Below, piece by piece: positions 1-8,702 of a stretch of DNA of 64,000 bases. The translations under genes were made by a program, and so were the position numbers. The DNA comes from a virus: IMG/VR virus record IMGVR_UViG_3300045974_000760, positions 79,217 to 143,216 of that record; one strand, written 5' to 3'. Positions within the stretch are counted from its first letter, which is position 1, and every line of letters begins with the position of its first letter. Under the pieces are notes generated by a model. That model was given only the letters and a program-made list of their open reading frames with translations. It did no database searches and was not told where the DNA came from.

Positions 1-32
1 CAGAGCGAGCGGTAATCAGCGAGTCAGTCCTT

Positions 33-530
33 GTGGACTGGAACGTTATTGACACCAACTTTGAGGGCGCGATGTTCGATCGCGTCGACATCAAAGACAG
101 TGAGCTGAGCGGGATGCACATGCCAGGCATGGATATCCGCTTCTCGAACCTACGCCGTGTGATGTGGGGCTACGTGAACTTGTCCGACGGGTGCGTGTAC
201 CAATCCAACTTCTACAAAGTGAACATGCATCACGCGCGGTTTAGCGACACCCTCTTCTGGGGGTGCAGGTTCGACAATGTCGACTTGTCGAGCGCGCATG
301 GAGGCAAGGTCCGCTTCCGCAACTGCGCGTTCAAAGATACGAAGCTCGCCAACATCGACCTGCGCACGGCAACGTTCGAGGAATGTGTCTTCTACGGGGA
401 GGAGATGGACCTCTCCCTCACCATGGTCAATCCCGCCACCTTCCCGTATGTCAAAGGCTGGACGGTCAGCCCCGAGGGAGTGATGCTGCGGGAGCCTGCA
501 CCACCTCCCGGTACAACTGCCGATGTCTGA
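33..530 (+). CDS. Pentapeptide repeat protein (start may lie upstream of the window)
   Basis: A(D/N)(F/L)xx-type 5-residue periodicity (TNFEG AMFDR VDIKD...). Confidence 0.8.
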   Translation: MDWNVIDTNFEGAMFDRVDIKDSELSGMHMPGMDIRFSNLRRVMWGYVNLSDGCVYQSNFYKVNMHHARFSDTLFWGCRFDNVDLSSAHGGKVRFRNCAFKDTKLANIDLRTATFEECVFYGEEMDLSLTMVNPATFPYVKGWTVSPEGVMLREPAPPPGTTADV

Positions 531-954
531 TAACTACGTGAGCATGTGGGGCACGCTCAACTGGCGTACCCCCTTCAGCAACCCCAAGGTGCATGTCGTA
601 GTAGACGTGGACCCCGAGCTCGCTGCATACGCGCGCACGTTCATCCCACCGTCAGAGCGTATCAACGTCCCTCGCTACCCCGCCCACATCACGGCAATGC
701 GCGGGGAGGGGACACACAAGCACCACAGACGGTTGCTCGAGAAGGTACGGGGCATGGTCATCCCATTCGAGTGCGGGAAGATGTCGGAGCTCAGGCACGA
801 CAACGTGTACTGGTGGCTGCCCGTCTACTCGCCCGCGCTTCTGATGTTGCGCAAGCTGCTCGACTTGCCCGAATACACCGAGCTCACGAAACCACCTGAT
901 GGTGCGGAGATGTTTCACATCACCGTCGGCAACACGAAAGGTTGGGCACCATGA
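523..954 (+). CDS. 2H phosphoesterase family protein (Acb1/gp57B-like fold)
   Basis: Two HxT motifs (PAHITA, FHITVG) about 75 aa apart in a 143 aa protein. Confidence 0.75.
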   Translation: MSDNYVSMWGTLNWRTPFSNPKVHVVVDVDPELAAYARTFIPPSERINVPRYPAHITAMRGEGTHKHHRRLLEKVRGMVIPFECGKMSELRHDNVYWWLPVYSPALLMLRKLLDLPEYTELTKPPDGAEMFHITVGNTKGWAP

Positions 955-1733
955 CGCACACCATCACTCTCACCACTACCGAGCTGCGGGATGCACGTGC
1001 TTGTCCCGCCGGTCTTCGCGCATTCCAAAAGCTCATCGGCAAGGGTAAGCGCTCCATCTCTTTCAATCCCGCTGACCCGCTCATCGCCCTCTGGTCGCGC
1101 TGCGTCTATGGCCAGTACGTTCACTGGCTCGAGCGCGATAAGCACATGCCGCCTCTAGCCCTCCGCAGTACCCTCATCCAGAACGCGGAGCTCCGCGACC
1201 TCACCGCGGTCGGCAGCCAATGGTCGCTCGTCAACATTCGTAAATCCAACATCTTCCACGCCACCTTCAACGCGGCGCTCTTCGACACCTCCTCCATCAG
1301 TCACTCAGACCTATTTGGGTCGCGCTTCAACAACGCGACTTTTCTGAGCTGCAATCTCTTCAATCTGACGCTCACTCAAACGTACTTTGGGCACACGCGC
1401 TTCAGCCAATGCAGCTTCAGCGATTTGTCGACCAGGCTCGCCTCCTTTCACGGCGCGGTCTTCACAGATTGCACCTTCACAGATTGCGACCTCAGTGATG
1501 GCAACTTCAAGTACGCCATCTTTCGCGGCTGTCGCTTCGATCGGTGCAAGTTCTCAGGTGCGCATCTAGGCAAAGCCATCCTCTCCGATGGCTTCTACTC
1601 CAACACAGATCTGGGTGGGGCACTCCGCTTCAAAGAAGACCCTCCCCTCCCCGGGTACCGCACCAAGAAGTACAAGCCCGTCCCGGATTACGTTGTGCTG
1701 GAGTCGAGGTACAAGAAGCCGACGAGGGAGTGA
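951..1733 (+). CDS. Pentapeptide repeat protein
   Basis: Extended ATFNA/ALFDT/ASFHG/AVFTD repeats; ATGA overlap with previous stop. Confidence 0.85.
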   Translation: MTHTITLTTTELRDARACPAGLRAFQKLIGKGKRSISFNPADPLIALWSRCVYGQYVHWLERDKHMPPLALRSTLIQNAELRDLTAVGSQWSLVNIRKSNIFHATFNAALFDTSSISHSDLFGSRFNNATFLSCNLFNLTLTQTYFGHTRFSQCSFSDLSTRLASFHGAVFTDCTFTDCDLSDGNFKYAIFRGCRFDRCKFSGAHLGKAILSDGFYSNTDLGGALRFKEDPPLPGYRTKKYKPVPDYVVLESRYKKPTRE

Positions 1734-1737
1734 TGTA

Positions 1738-1772
1738 GAAGGCGGGCCCATCAAAGGCCCTTTCTTCTAGCC
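1738..1772 (+). terminator. Intrinsic terminator
   Basis: GGGCC-CATCAAA-GGCCC followed by TTTCTTCTAGC. Confidence 0.6.
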
Positions 1773-1792
1773 CTGAATCTACATCCTCTTCT

Positions 1793-1805
1793 CGGCATAA
1801 GAAGG
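1793..1805 (+). promoter_or_regulatory. Recurrent CGG(G/C)ATAAG motif, putative phage promoter
   Basis: Same motif at 5670, 8258, 10360, 31402, each upstream of a gene-block start. Confidence 0.5.
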
Positions 1806-1836
1806 TTGACCCCCAACCCTACGCACGGAGACTCAC

Positions 1837-2301
1837 ATGCCCAACGAAATCATCCACCTCGTCGGTTACGAACAGAAGCGCCCCTACGCCCTCAGCGACA
1901 ATGGCTTCACCGTCACCGGGCCTACACAGACAACGCTATACCTGCTCTGCAAACAACACCGCCTCACCGTGCAAGTGACCGCGGACATGTCCAGCGAGGA
2001 CGTGATTGCGTTCTTGCGCGAGTCAGTACCTCTCGATGAGGTGCACACCACCGTCCTCGAGCGCCTCACTGTTGCTGCGCGTTACATCGATGAGAAGCTG
2101 CGCAAGACCGTGAACTGGTACAGCGGCTACGACATCGATGCCCGCCTCGAGGCACTCACCTTTCGCGCGGCCCTGACCGAGCCCCCATTCAACGAGAAGA
2201 GGCGGGAAGCCCTCGCCGACCTCATCGACACCATTCAAACGGGCAGGTCATACGTCGCCCCGTACATCATCGAGAACACGATGTCGGTGAGGTCGGGCTG
2301 A
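1837..2301 (+). CDS. Hypothetical protein
   Basis: ORF with GGAG RBS and typical codon bias. Confidence 0.7.
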   Translation: MPNEIIHLVGYEQKRPYALSDNGFTVTGPTQTTLYLLCKQHRLTVQVTADMSSEDVIAFLRESVPLDEVHTTVLERLTVAARYIDEKLRKTVNWYSGYDIDARLEALTFRAALTEPPFNEKRREALADLIDTIQTGRSYVAPYIIENTMSVRSG

Positions 2302-2690
2302 TGCCTACGCACAAGGACGTGTACCTCGGCGACGGCTACATGCTGCACACGTACGAGGACGGCAACGCTCGCATTCGCAGGGAGTCCGAGCACCTCATGG
2401 GCGGCACCCGCTTCAATCAGGTCCAGCTACAGAAGCTGGTCGACGGGCTCATTGAGTCGGGCGTTGTTGTGGCCCCCGCAGACAAGCTCGCGCAGTTCCT
2501 CGAGCGATGCGACGGGCGCATCAAGAGTGTGCGCCGCCACCTCCCCGAGGATGAGGAGGCGGGCATCTACGTTGTGATGCACGAGACTACCTTCTGCACC
2601 AAGACCGCAAGCAGGGTGCAGGAGTACGCCGAAGAGGTGTTCGGGGTTGATGTGAGAGTGTGGATTGAGAAGGAAGTACGAAGTGAGTGA
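2301..2690 (+). CDS. Hypothetical protein (weak paralog of 5719 and 7771 genes)
   Basis: TGATG overlap; LIESGVV segment. Confidence 0.7.
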   Translation: MPTHKDVYLGDGYMLHTYEDGNARIRRESEHLMGGTRFNQVQLQKLVDGLIESGVVVAPADKLAQFLERCDGRIKSVRRHLPEDEEAGIYVVMHETTFCTKTASRVQEYAEEVFGVDVRVWIEKEVRSE

Positions 2691-2895
2691 GCTGAGGCGC
2701 GTCGTGGTGTTCAATCTCACTCTCCCCTCAACGCCGGGGAAGGTGAGTGCCTCAGTCTTTCGGTGTGAGTGCAAGAAGGGGGTGATGTTCGATGTCACCT
2801 CCAAGCTCGCTGAAGCAATGGGCGTCCTGCATCACGAGTGCGACATCTGTCACATGCGCGTTGTAACCAAACTACGTAGGGGAGAAGAGAAATGA
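2687..2895 (+). CDS. Small Cys-containing (possible Zn-ribbon) protein
   Basis: CxC and CxxC; GTGA overlap; start approximate. Confidence 0.5.
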
Positions 2896-3650
2896 TTGGA
2901 CCTGGAACATACGCGGTGATTCGAACCATCGGTGCGGGTGTACACGTGGGCGAGATTGTGGATTGGGACGTCAGCAACTCCACCGTCGTGTACCTGAAGA
3001 ACTGCCGGCGCGTACACAAGTGGAGCAGCGCCGCTTCCCCGCACATCCACACGCTCAACGAAATGGCAGTGCGCGGGTTGAACAAGAGCGACAGCCGGGT
3101 GACTGCCCCCATCCCGAACTACACCCTTCTGACCGCAACTCAAATCCTGCCGATGTCCAACCTGGCCATCAGCTCGTTCGAGGAGGTGGGCTGGGAAGGG
3201 GACATGTACAAGCTGCCCTTCGAGGCTCAACCCAAGGCCCCGCCCGAGGGCATAGTCGCCCATGAAGGTGTCACCTGCCTCATACGCACCTACGGTGCGG
3301 GCGTCTCCCTCGGTGAGGTGGATGCCTGGGACCCCCGCTACCCTGGCGTTGTGCACCTCCGCAACGCACGGCAGGTGTGGCAGTGGGACAACGCCGTGGC
3401 CGGGCCTGATGGACAGGTGTACGTCATCCACAGCATCTCTGAGGCAGCTGCTGTGGGCCCAGGCACAAGCGGCCGGGTCAGCGAGTACGTCGAGGAGGAG
3501 ACGATAACGTCAGCCCTCGAAATCATCCCCATCTCTGCCTACGCGCTGCAGCAGTACGCCGCGCAAGGCTGGGAAGCCCCCTACAACGGTCGCCTTCCAG
3601 TGGGCGAAGAGCCGCCACAGAGGCTACATGCTGACGATGAGTACGCTTAG
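2892..3650 (+). CDS. Tandem DUF6948-like (Sm-like fold) protein
   Basis: Two internal copies of IRTxGAGVxxGE...LxNxRxVxxW...E.A..G...I(I/L)P. Confidence 0.7.
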   Translation: MIGPGTYAVIRTIGAGVHVGEIVDWDVSNSTVVYLKNCRRVHKWSSAASPHIHTLNEMAVRGLNKSDSRVTAPIPNYTLLTATQILPMSNLAISSFEEVGWEGDMYKLPFEAQPKAPPEGIVAHEGVTCLIRTYGAGVSLGEVDAWDPRYPGVVHLRNARQVWQWDNAVAGPDGQVYVIHSISEAAAVGPGTSGRVSEYVEEETITSALEIIPISAYALQQYAAQGWEAPYNGRLPVGEEPPQRLHADDEYA

Positions 3651-3912
3651 CCACATCAGGTTGATGCTGTTCGGTCCGTACGACACTACGTTCAGCCCGC
3701 ACCTTCCCTGTGAGATTCGGGGATGTGCGGGCAGTCGTTGTGAGCTCATGTCCGAAGACATGTTCTACGGTGACGGTGAGGACATACACTTCGGCACGCG
3801 CAGCTACGACAACGAGCTCGAAGCGCCGGAGTACATACCCGACGGGCCCATTGGCTCCTTCGAGATGGCAGGGCCTCGCGCAAGGCGCGCGGTCTTGGGC
3901 GTCTATGCGTTA
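3637..3912 (+). CDS. Short acidic peptide, array member 1 (ends at TTA)
   Basis: In-frame TTA 3910-3912 overlaps the next ATG (ATGCGTTA); standard-code end would be 3984. Confidence 0.55.
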
Positions 3913-4078
3913 CATCTGGCTCATACTCGGGCCCGGGCCCCGGCACGAGCTCCACACCGAAGAGACGCGCTTCTGCTTCGATGACTGGAAGGCCGACGCA
4001 GAAGAGTACCCAGAACCTCCCTGTAGTGAAACGAAGGCCAGCGGCTGCCTGGCAGTGGAGTATCGAGAATGGAGGTGA
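3905..4078 (+). CDS. Short peptide, array member 2
   Basis: WKADAEEY...SGCLAVEY motif shared with 4856 and 5252 genes. Confidence 0.65.
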   Translation: MRYIWLILGPGPRHELHTEETRFCFDDWKADAEEYPEPPCSETKASGCLAVEYREWR

Positions 4079-4082
4079 GCAG

Positions 4083-4292
4083 ATGATGACCTGGCTACGG
4101 TTGTTTCGAATGACACCGATGACGGAGAACTGCAGGTACAAGTCCGGCGTTGGTGCGCACCAGCGTCAGCACATGCCGTGGGAGGCGCAGATGTGGCCCG
4201 GTCTTGCGGACGGGGGCAGCATCTTCGAGAGCAGGGGCGAGGGCATACATCCGATGGCTGACTCTCGCGGTCTATTCACGGCTCCAGAATGA
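4083..4292 (+). CDS. Short peptide, array member 3
   Basis: GGAGG RBS; ATGA coupling to next gene. Confidence 0.55.
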   Translation: MMTWLRLFRMTPMTENCRYKSGVGAHQRQHMPWEAQMWPGLADGGSIFESRGEGIHPMADSRGLFTAPE

Positions 4293-4489
4293 TGCAGATC
4301 TTGAAATGGCACTACTACATAGTCGGTGAACCTGGGGACTCGATCGCGGGGCAAGGTGACTATCGTTTCGCAGCGGGGATTGCAACACCTGCTGCGCCGC
4401 GTTTTTCCGACGAGTACGACGAGCACCACGGGGGTGGAACAAATGAGCTGTGGAGGAGGCCAGAACGTGATGACACTACAACGGATTGA
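4289..4489 (+). CDS. Short peptide, array member 4
   Basis: ATGA overlap; same size class. Confidence 0.55.
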   Translation: MMQILKWHYYIVGEPGDSIAGQGDYRFAAGIATPAAPRFSDEYDEHHGGGTNELWRRPERDDTTTD

Positions 4490-4676
4490 TTTCACCGTCG
4501 GCATGCACTTCGTACATGCCGGGCGGGACGAGCTCGGCATCTACGGCAATGGCCAGTACATGCACTACCCGTACGCCGTAGATGCCGTCAGCATCGGTGA
4601 TGGTTGGTGCGGTACGGACGAAGTAGTTTGCCACGGCGAAGGCGCCTCCTACAGGAATATTGCGCATGATACCTAG
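4470..4676 (+). CDS. Short peptide, array member 5
   Basis: GGAGGAGG RBS; overlaps neighbours. Confidence 0.55.
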   Translation: MTLQRIDFTVGMHFVHAGRDELGIYGNGQYMHYPYAVDAVSIGDGWCGTDEVVCHGEGASYRNIAHDT

Positions 4677-4869
4677 CAATGCCCTGCTCATCGTGCGGTC
4701 CCGCTACACACTGTTTGCTGAGCCGTGCCCTGGCCTAATGGCCTCCGACGCGGCCTGGTGCGCCTCACTGACCAACACACAGGACGCACGACGTACCTGG
4801 CATTGTTACCTCATTCGATACCGAGAGTGCATCGGTGAAGCGGAAGGATGGGAAGATGATTGCGGTTAG
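4666..4869 (+). CDS. Short peptide, array member 6
   Basis: AGGA RBS; short overlaps on both sides. Confidence 0.5.
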   Translation: MIPSNALLIVRSRYTLFAEPCPGLMASDAAWCASLTNTQDARRTWHCYLIRYRECIGEAEGWEDDCG

Positions 4870-5065
4870 AATGTCCCACTACGCGTACTGGGGTACTTCC
4901 AGTCAACCGTATCGACACTACGCTGAGTCGCAATGTGAGTACCTTTGCGAGCGTCCGTGGAAAGGTGACGCGGAGGAGTACGTGTACGATGAAGAGGAAG
5001 CGCTGAGCGGTTGTCTGTACGAGGAGTACACGTACAGCCACCGCTCGGCAGAAGGGCGGTGTTTA
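4856..5065 (+). CDS. Short peptide, array member 7 (ends at TTA)
   Basis: MIAVRMSHY...WKGDAEEY...EYTYS is colinear with the 5252 gene; TTA 5063-5065 falls within about one codon of the paralog's TGA. Confidence 0.7.
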
Positions 5066-5066
5066 C

Positions 5067-5252
5067 GTGTGGCTACGAGCTCTGCCCTTCGTGCCCTACA
5101 TGCACTTCTACGAGTACACGCCCATTGCCTCCCACGAATACAACCTCGTAACGGAGTGGAACGTGTTGCTCGTAGAAGAGCTCGATACAACGAACCCAAC
5201 ATACCGAGGTTACTGCGCGGACGAGATACTAGACACACACAGGGGCATCTAA
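5067..5252 (+). CDS. Short peptide, array member 8
   Basis: GTG start 1 nt after the upstream TTA; TAATG overlap with next. Confidence 0.55.
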   Translation: MWLRALPFVPYMHFYEYTPIASHEYNLVTEWNVLLVEELDTTNPTYRGYCADEILDTHRGI

Positions 5253-5464
5253 TGATTGTGCTTCGAATGTCTCACTACACGTACGAAGGCACGCACGCGC
5301 AGGATGAATGTGCGGACTGGTATAGCGAGGCGTATCCGCCACATTACCTCTGGGCGGTAGATGCGGAGGAGTATGCCTACGTGGCCCCCCTCCCTGGTGA
5401 GCCAGGAGGCGGTGTGCTCGACCACGAGTACACCTACAGTAGTCGCGAGATTGAGAATCGATGA
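5252..5464 (+). CDS. Short peptide, array member 9
   Basis: MIVLRMSHY...WAVDAEEY...EYTYS, paralog of member 7. Confidence 0.7.
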   Translation: MIVLRMSHYTYEGTHAQDECADWYSEAYPPHYLWAVDAEEYAYVAPLPGEPGGGVLDHEYTYSSREIENR

Positions 5465-5667
5465 ACAACAACGCCTATCTCGTGTGGGTACAACAGCAGC
5501 GGTGCGTCTTGTTCAGTACGCAGAGCCCGCTCGCTGACACGTACAGCCTGTGGCGCGATGATGATGCCCGTGCCTGTCTGCAGGCCCGTATCTCGCGGGA
5601 TTACGAGGATTACACCAATCCTCAGCTCGTACTGAACGACTACAGCGCGGGTGTACGAAAAGAGTAA
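5461..5667 (+). CDS. Short peptide, array member 10
   Basis: ATGA overlap; LWRDDDA resembles the array motif. Confidence 0.55.
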   Translation: MNNNAYLVWVQQQRCVLFSTQSPLADTYSLWRDDDARACLQARISRDYEDYTNPQLVLNDYSAGVRKE

Positions 5668-5718
5668 ATCGGGGATAAGAAGTACGCAGGCGGTTACTAC
5701 ACACAGGAGGAAGAACAG

Positions 5719-6132
5719 ATGGCTGATGCATCAACGGGGAAGTTTGAAGTGGGCGCGCTGAGCGCGTCGTACCGGCAAGAGGGTTCACTCACCTACGTCA
5801 CGCTGCACCGCGCGGGCAACTCTAGTATCGGCCCCGCTGTCTTGGGGGCTACCGCAGAAGACCTGGCAAAAGTAGTCGCAGAGCTCGTTGATCGAGGGCT
5901 CGTGCAGCTGCCCGTAATGCCGACACAGAAGCGTGAGGCGCTCAAGAAGAAGATCGCCGAGCTGGGCATAGATGCGACCGTGAGCGACCCGGCTGATTAC
6001 AAGGCACACGATTGGTGCACCGCTGAGGTGCTGGCGGTCGTAGTGGTTGCCTCCCTCACACTCGACCAGATGCGGCTACTGCTAGTCACGTGTAGAGAGA
6101 CATTCAAGGATAACGAGGTAGTTATCCGATGA
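5719..6132 (+). CDS. Hypothetical protein
   Basis: AGGAGGA RBS after GGGGATAAG motif. Confidence 0.75.
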   Translation: MADASTGKFEVGALSASYRQEGSLTYVTLHRAGNSSIGPAVLGATAEDLAKVVAELVDRGLVQLPVMPTQKREALKKKIAELGIDATVSDPADYKAHDWCTAEVLAVVVVASLTLDQMRLLLVTCRETFKDNEVVIR

Positions 6133-6311
6133 GCGTCATCGTCATCATCGACCTCGAGGGTGATGAGGCGGCGAAGCTGTTGAAGTCCGCCATCATCATG
6201 CGGGACGCTGACCTCAAGCGCATCAAGCGCCTGGTGAAGAAGCTCGGCTTCCTCGATGAGTTCAAGAAGCTGGGTATTGACGTCTACCCAATCAAGGCAA
6301 AGAAGACATGA
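6129..6311 (+). CDS. Hypothetical protein
   Basis: ATGA overlaps on both sides; strong codon bias. Confidence 0.7.
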   Translation: MSVIVIIDLEGDEAAKLLKSAIIMRDADLKRIKRLVKKLGFLDEFKKLGIDVYPIKAKKT

Positions 6312-7018
6312 GCGCGCCCAAGTACTGCTGCGACACGATGAAGCGGCAGATGGAGCACAACTGCGTCAAGTGCATGGGCCAGTACGCTTGCCCCGACAGG
6401 GTGATCAAGCCACCCAGCGTCCCTGGTGCCGCGTTTGGACTCTACATCCTCGACGGGGGCGCTGCGTACTACGCCATCTACTTCTGCCCCTGGTGCGGAG
6501 CGCGTTTGGCCAGCTGGTGCGGGGCGTCTCAACAAGAACAACCGACCAAGGAGGAAGTGATGGAAGACGAACGGAAGAAGCCAATCGAAGGCAACGTTGA
6601 CTCGTACCGGGAGATCCTCGAGTACAGGGGCTATGACCGCTCCGCTGTATTGCGGTTGCCGTCACGCGCGCCCATCACTCTGCAGCGCTATGAGCTCGTG
6701 GCGGTCGCCATGGCCGTGTTTGGCATGCTTCGAGACAAGTTCAAGGGCGCGGCGCCTGAGCAGGTGTTTGATGCGATTGCGCGGATTGTGAGCAGCGAGT
6801 GGAAGCCGTCTCCGCAGGAGGTGAGGGACGCGGGCTTCCTGTTGAATCAGGAGCTCACCCTGGCTGGGTGCGCCACGTTTGAGATGGTCGGCTACACGCT
6901 GACCGAGCTCGTGGTGTACTACAAGGCCGGTGTTCCAAACACCGCCACTGCCAGCGCGTTTCTGCAGAACCTCCCACCCTCGTACCGAGGTGTGCGGGTT
7001 GTGCCAAAGGCCGTGTGA
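6308..7018 (+). CDS. Protein with N-terminal DUF6980-like Cys-rich domain
   Basis: CCxxM...C...CPD...IYFCPWCG pattern. Confidence 0.6.
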   Translation: MSAPKYCCDTMKRQMEHNCVKCMGQYACPDRVIKPPSVPGAAFGLYILDGGAAYYAIYFCPWCGARLASWCGASQQEQPTKEEVMEDERKKPIEGNVDSYREILEYRGYDRSAVLRLPSRAPITLQRYELVAVAMAVFGMLRDKFKGAAPEQVFDAIARIVSSEWKPSPQEVRDAGFLLNQELTLAGCATFEMVGYTLTELVVYYKAGVPNTATASAFLQNLPPSYRGVRVVPKAV

Positions 7019-7233
7019 TGAAGACCACCTACCTGATGTACTTCCTGAGCATGGCCCTTGTGGTCGTGCTCGGGAGCTGTGGTGCACGAGACACAGATAA
7101 GAACCCTTCTCCAGAACGTGCGTGTGAGCTCGCTTGTTTGCCTGGCAGGGGGACGCTCAGTACCTTCTTCAACAACGGGCACTACAGCTGTATCTGCGCC
7201 CCACTACCTTGCCCATCTGGGAGTGCACGATGA
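7015..7233 (+). CDS. Putative lipoprotein, Cys-rich
   Basis: Hydrophobic N-terminus ending LGSC. Confidence 0.55.
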   Translation: MMKTTYLMYFLSMALVVVLGSCGARDTDKNPSPERACELACLPGRGTLSTFFNNGHYSCICAPLPCPSGSAR

Positions 7234-7385
7234 AAAGCAATGAGAGCCCGCTGAAGAACCCGGAGAACTGGCTTCTTGTGTTCGTGTGGGCTTGCGCGAT
7301 GGGCGCGGCCTTCCTCACAGGTATGCTCGCAGGTGACCGGTTGCCTCACGCTCCACCCTCATGCACGTGTAGGTGTGAGCGATGA
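7230..7385 (+). CDS. Small membrane protein
   Basis: One hydrophobic helix; ATGA overlaps. Confidence 0.5.
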   Translation: MKSNESPLKNPENWLLVFVWACAMGAAFLTGMLAGDRLPHAPPSCTCRCER

Positions 7386-7774
7386 GCAACATCACGGTCG
7401 AGACGTGGGTAGACACCGCGACGAGTGAGAAGGAGCTGCAGGAGACACCCGACTACCTACGCGAGCTCATCCGCAAGATGGTAGCGGAATGGATGACGCG
7501 GGAGCCGGACCTCAGTGATACCGGCGCGCGGGTACTTGCAGAGAGTGGCATCAAGGCAATCTGCAAGTACTCCGACTTCCTACTGGTGTTGGGCGACGGG
7601 CATATCCGTGACCCGCAGTACCTCGTGCGCTTTGCGCTCCTGCCTCATCCGCAGCGTGAGGTATTGTGCAAGAAGTACGCGGCACGCTTGTTCATGGCCC
7701 GCTCCGTGTTGGGCTTCTCGTGGGTCAGCCACGCGCAGCTCGAGGCAACCGTCAGCTACATCGAGGGTAAATGA
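7382..7774 (+). CDS. Hypothetical protein
   Basis: Coupled ORF. Confidence 0.7.
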   Translation: MSNITVETWVDTATSEKELQETPDYLRELIRKMVAEWMTREPDLSDTGARVLAESGIKAICKYSDFLLVLGDGHIRDPQYLVRFALLPHPQREVLCKKYAARLFMARSVLGFSWVSHAQLEATVSYIEGK

Positions 7775-8181
7775 CTACGTGCAAAGTGGACAGTCGGTAC
7801 TCGTGGGACGTACGAAAGCAGTACATGAATCGCGAAGGACAGCACATCGCCATTCGGGAGGAAGGACTGCTCGACACCGTGAGCACGGTTGTTCTGTCCG
7901 GCCCGGTACTTCAGGATATCTTCGAGGAGGCGCTGAAGCGCGGGCTGGTGTTGATGCCGCTGACCAAGCAGCAGAGGCTAGACAAGCTGCAGGAGCGCTA
8001 TGCGCTTATCAAGTGGCTTCGCAAGATGGTGTTCTGCGCGGGCGCGATACCCGTGGTGCATGTGAAGCTCAACGGTAGGGCGCTGCTGGATGAGATCAAT
8101 GTCTTGCGGGATGAGATTCGCAGGGAGCTCGGTGACGAGGTTCAAGTGAAGGTGACCTTCGGCGACGATGGAGACCAATGA
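7771..8181 (+). CDS. Hypothetical protein
   Basis: Coupled ORF; ALKRGLV segment. Confidence 0.7.
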   Translation: MTTCKVDSRYSWDVRKQYMNREGQHIAIREEGLLDTVSTVVLSGPVLQDIFEEALKRGLVLMPLTKQQRLDKLQERYALIKWLRKMVFCAGAIPVVHVKLNGRALLDEINVLRDEIRRELGDEVQVKVTFGDDGDQ

Positions 8182-8194
8182 TGTGAGGTAACGA

Positions 8195-8224
8195 GAAAGG
8201 CGCGGTCCCGTCTTTTTCGTAGCT
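8195..8224 (+). terminator. Probable intrinsic terminator
   Basis: GAAAGGCG...CGTCTTTTTCGTAGCT. Confidence 0.5.
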
Positions 8225-8303
8225 ATATGTCTTGCCCCGCAAATACAAGCGCGTAGTCGGGATAAGCCATGTGAGCGCACGCTACGCGTTCAGAAAGAAG
8301 AAC

Positions 8304-8702
8304 ATGATTGAGCATGGTAGGAACCGAGAAGGTCTCACGTGGGTGGAATGGCGCCTCGCCGCCAAGTTCGTCGGTGAAGAGCCCCCGCGTTCTTTTACCG
8401 CATGGCAAAATGGAGAAGATCCGACAGAGTGGGCTGCGGACCTCGAGGAGCATACGCAGCAGGCCATCTCGAACTTCACTGAGAAGGAGTTCGTCTACAC
8501 ACCGTGTGTAGAGGATGGTCCCGGTGAATACAACGTAGTGATGCCGGTGGAGTGGAAACCGTTCGATAGGGCGGCCTTCCCACGACTGCTTACGCACACA
8601 CGCTGGACTCTCACGTACCTCAAGGTCGGGGAGAGCGCGCTATTGTCCACCATCTATAACCCACAGAAGCAAACCTTCTACGCAGTAAGGAGGACGAAGT
8701 GA
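8304..8702 (+). CDS. Hypothetical protein
   Basis: ORF downstream of GGGATAAG motif. Confidence 0.65.
   Translation: MIEHGRNREGLTWVEWRLAAKFVGEEPPRSFTAWQNGEDPTEWAADLEEHTQQAISNFTEKEFVYTPCVEDGPGEYNVVMPVEWKPFDRAAFPRLLTHTRWTLTYLKVGESALLSTIYNPQKQTFYAVRRTK

Noticed and set aside
4835-5464. 209-aa ORF as one protein
   Set aside because: It fuses two paralogous peptides across a third gene; resolved by the TTA at 5063.
3637-5667. RiPP precursor cluster or DGR target array
   Set aside because: No modifying enzymes or reverse transcriptase in the window, and no near-identical template/variable repeat pair differing only at adenines.
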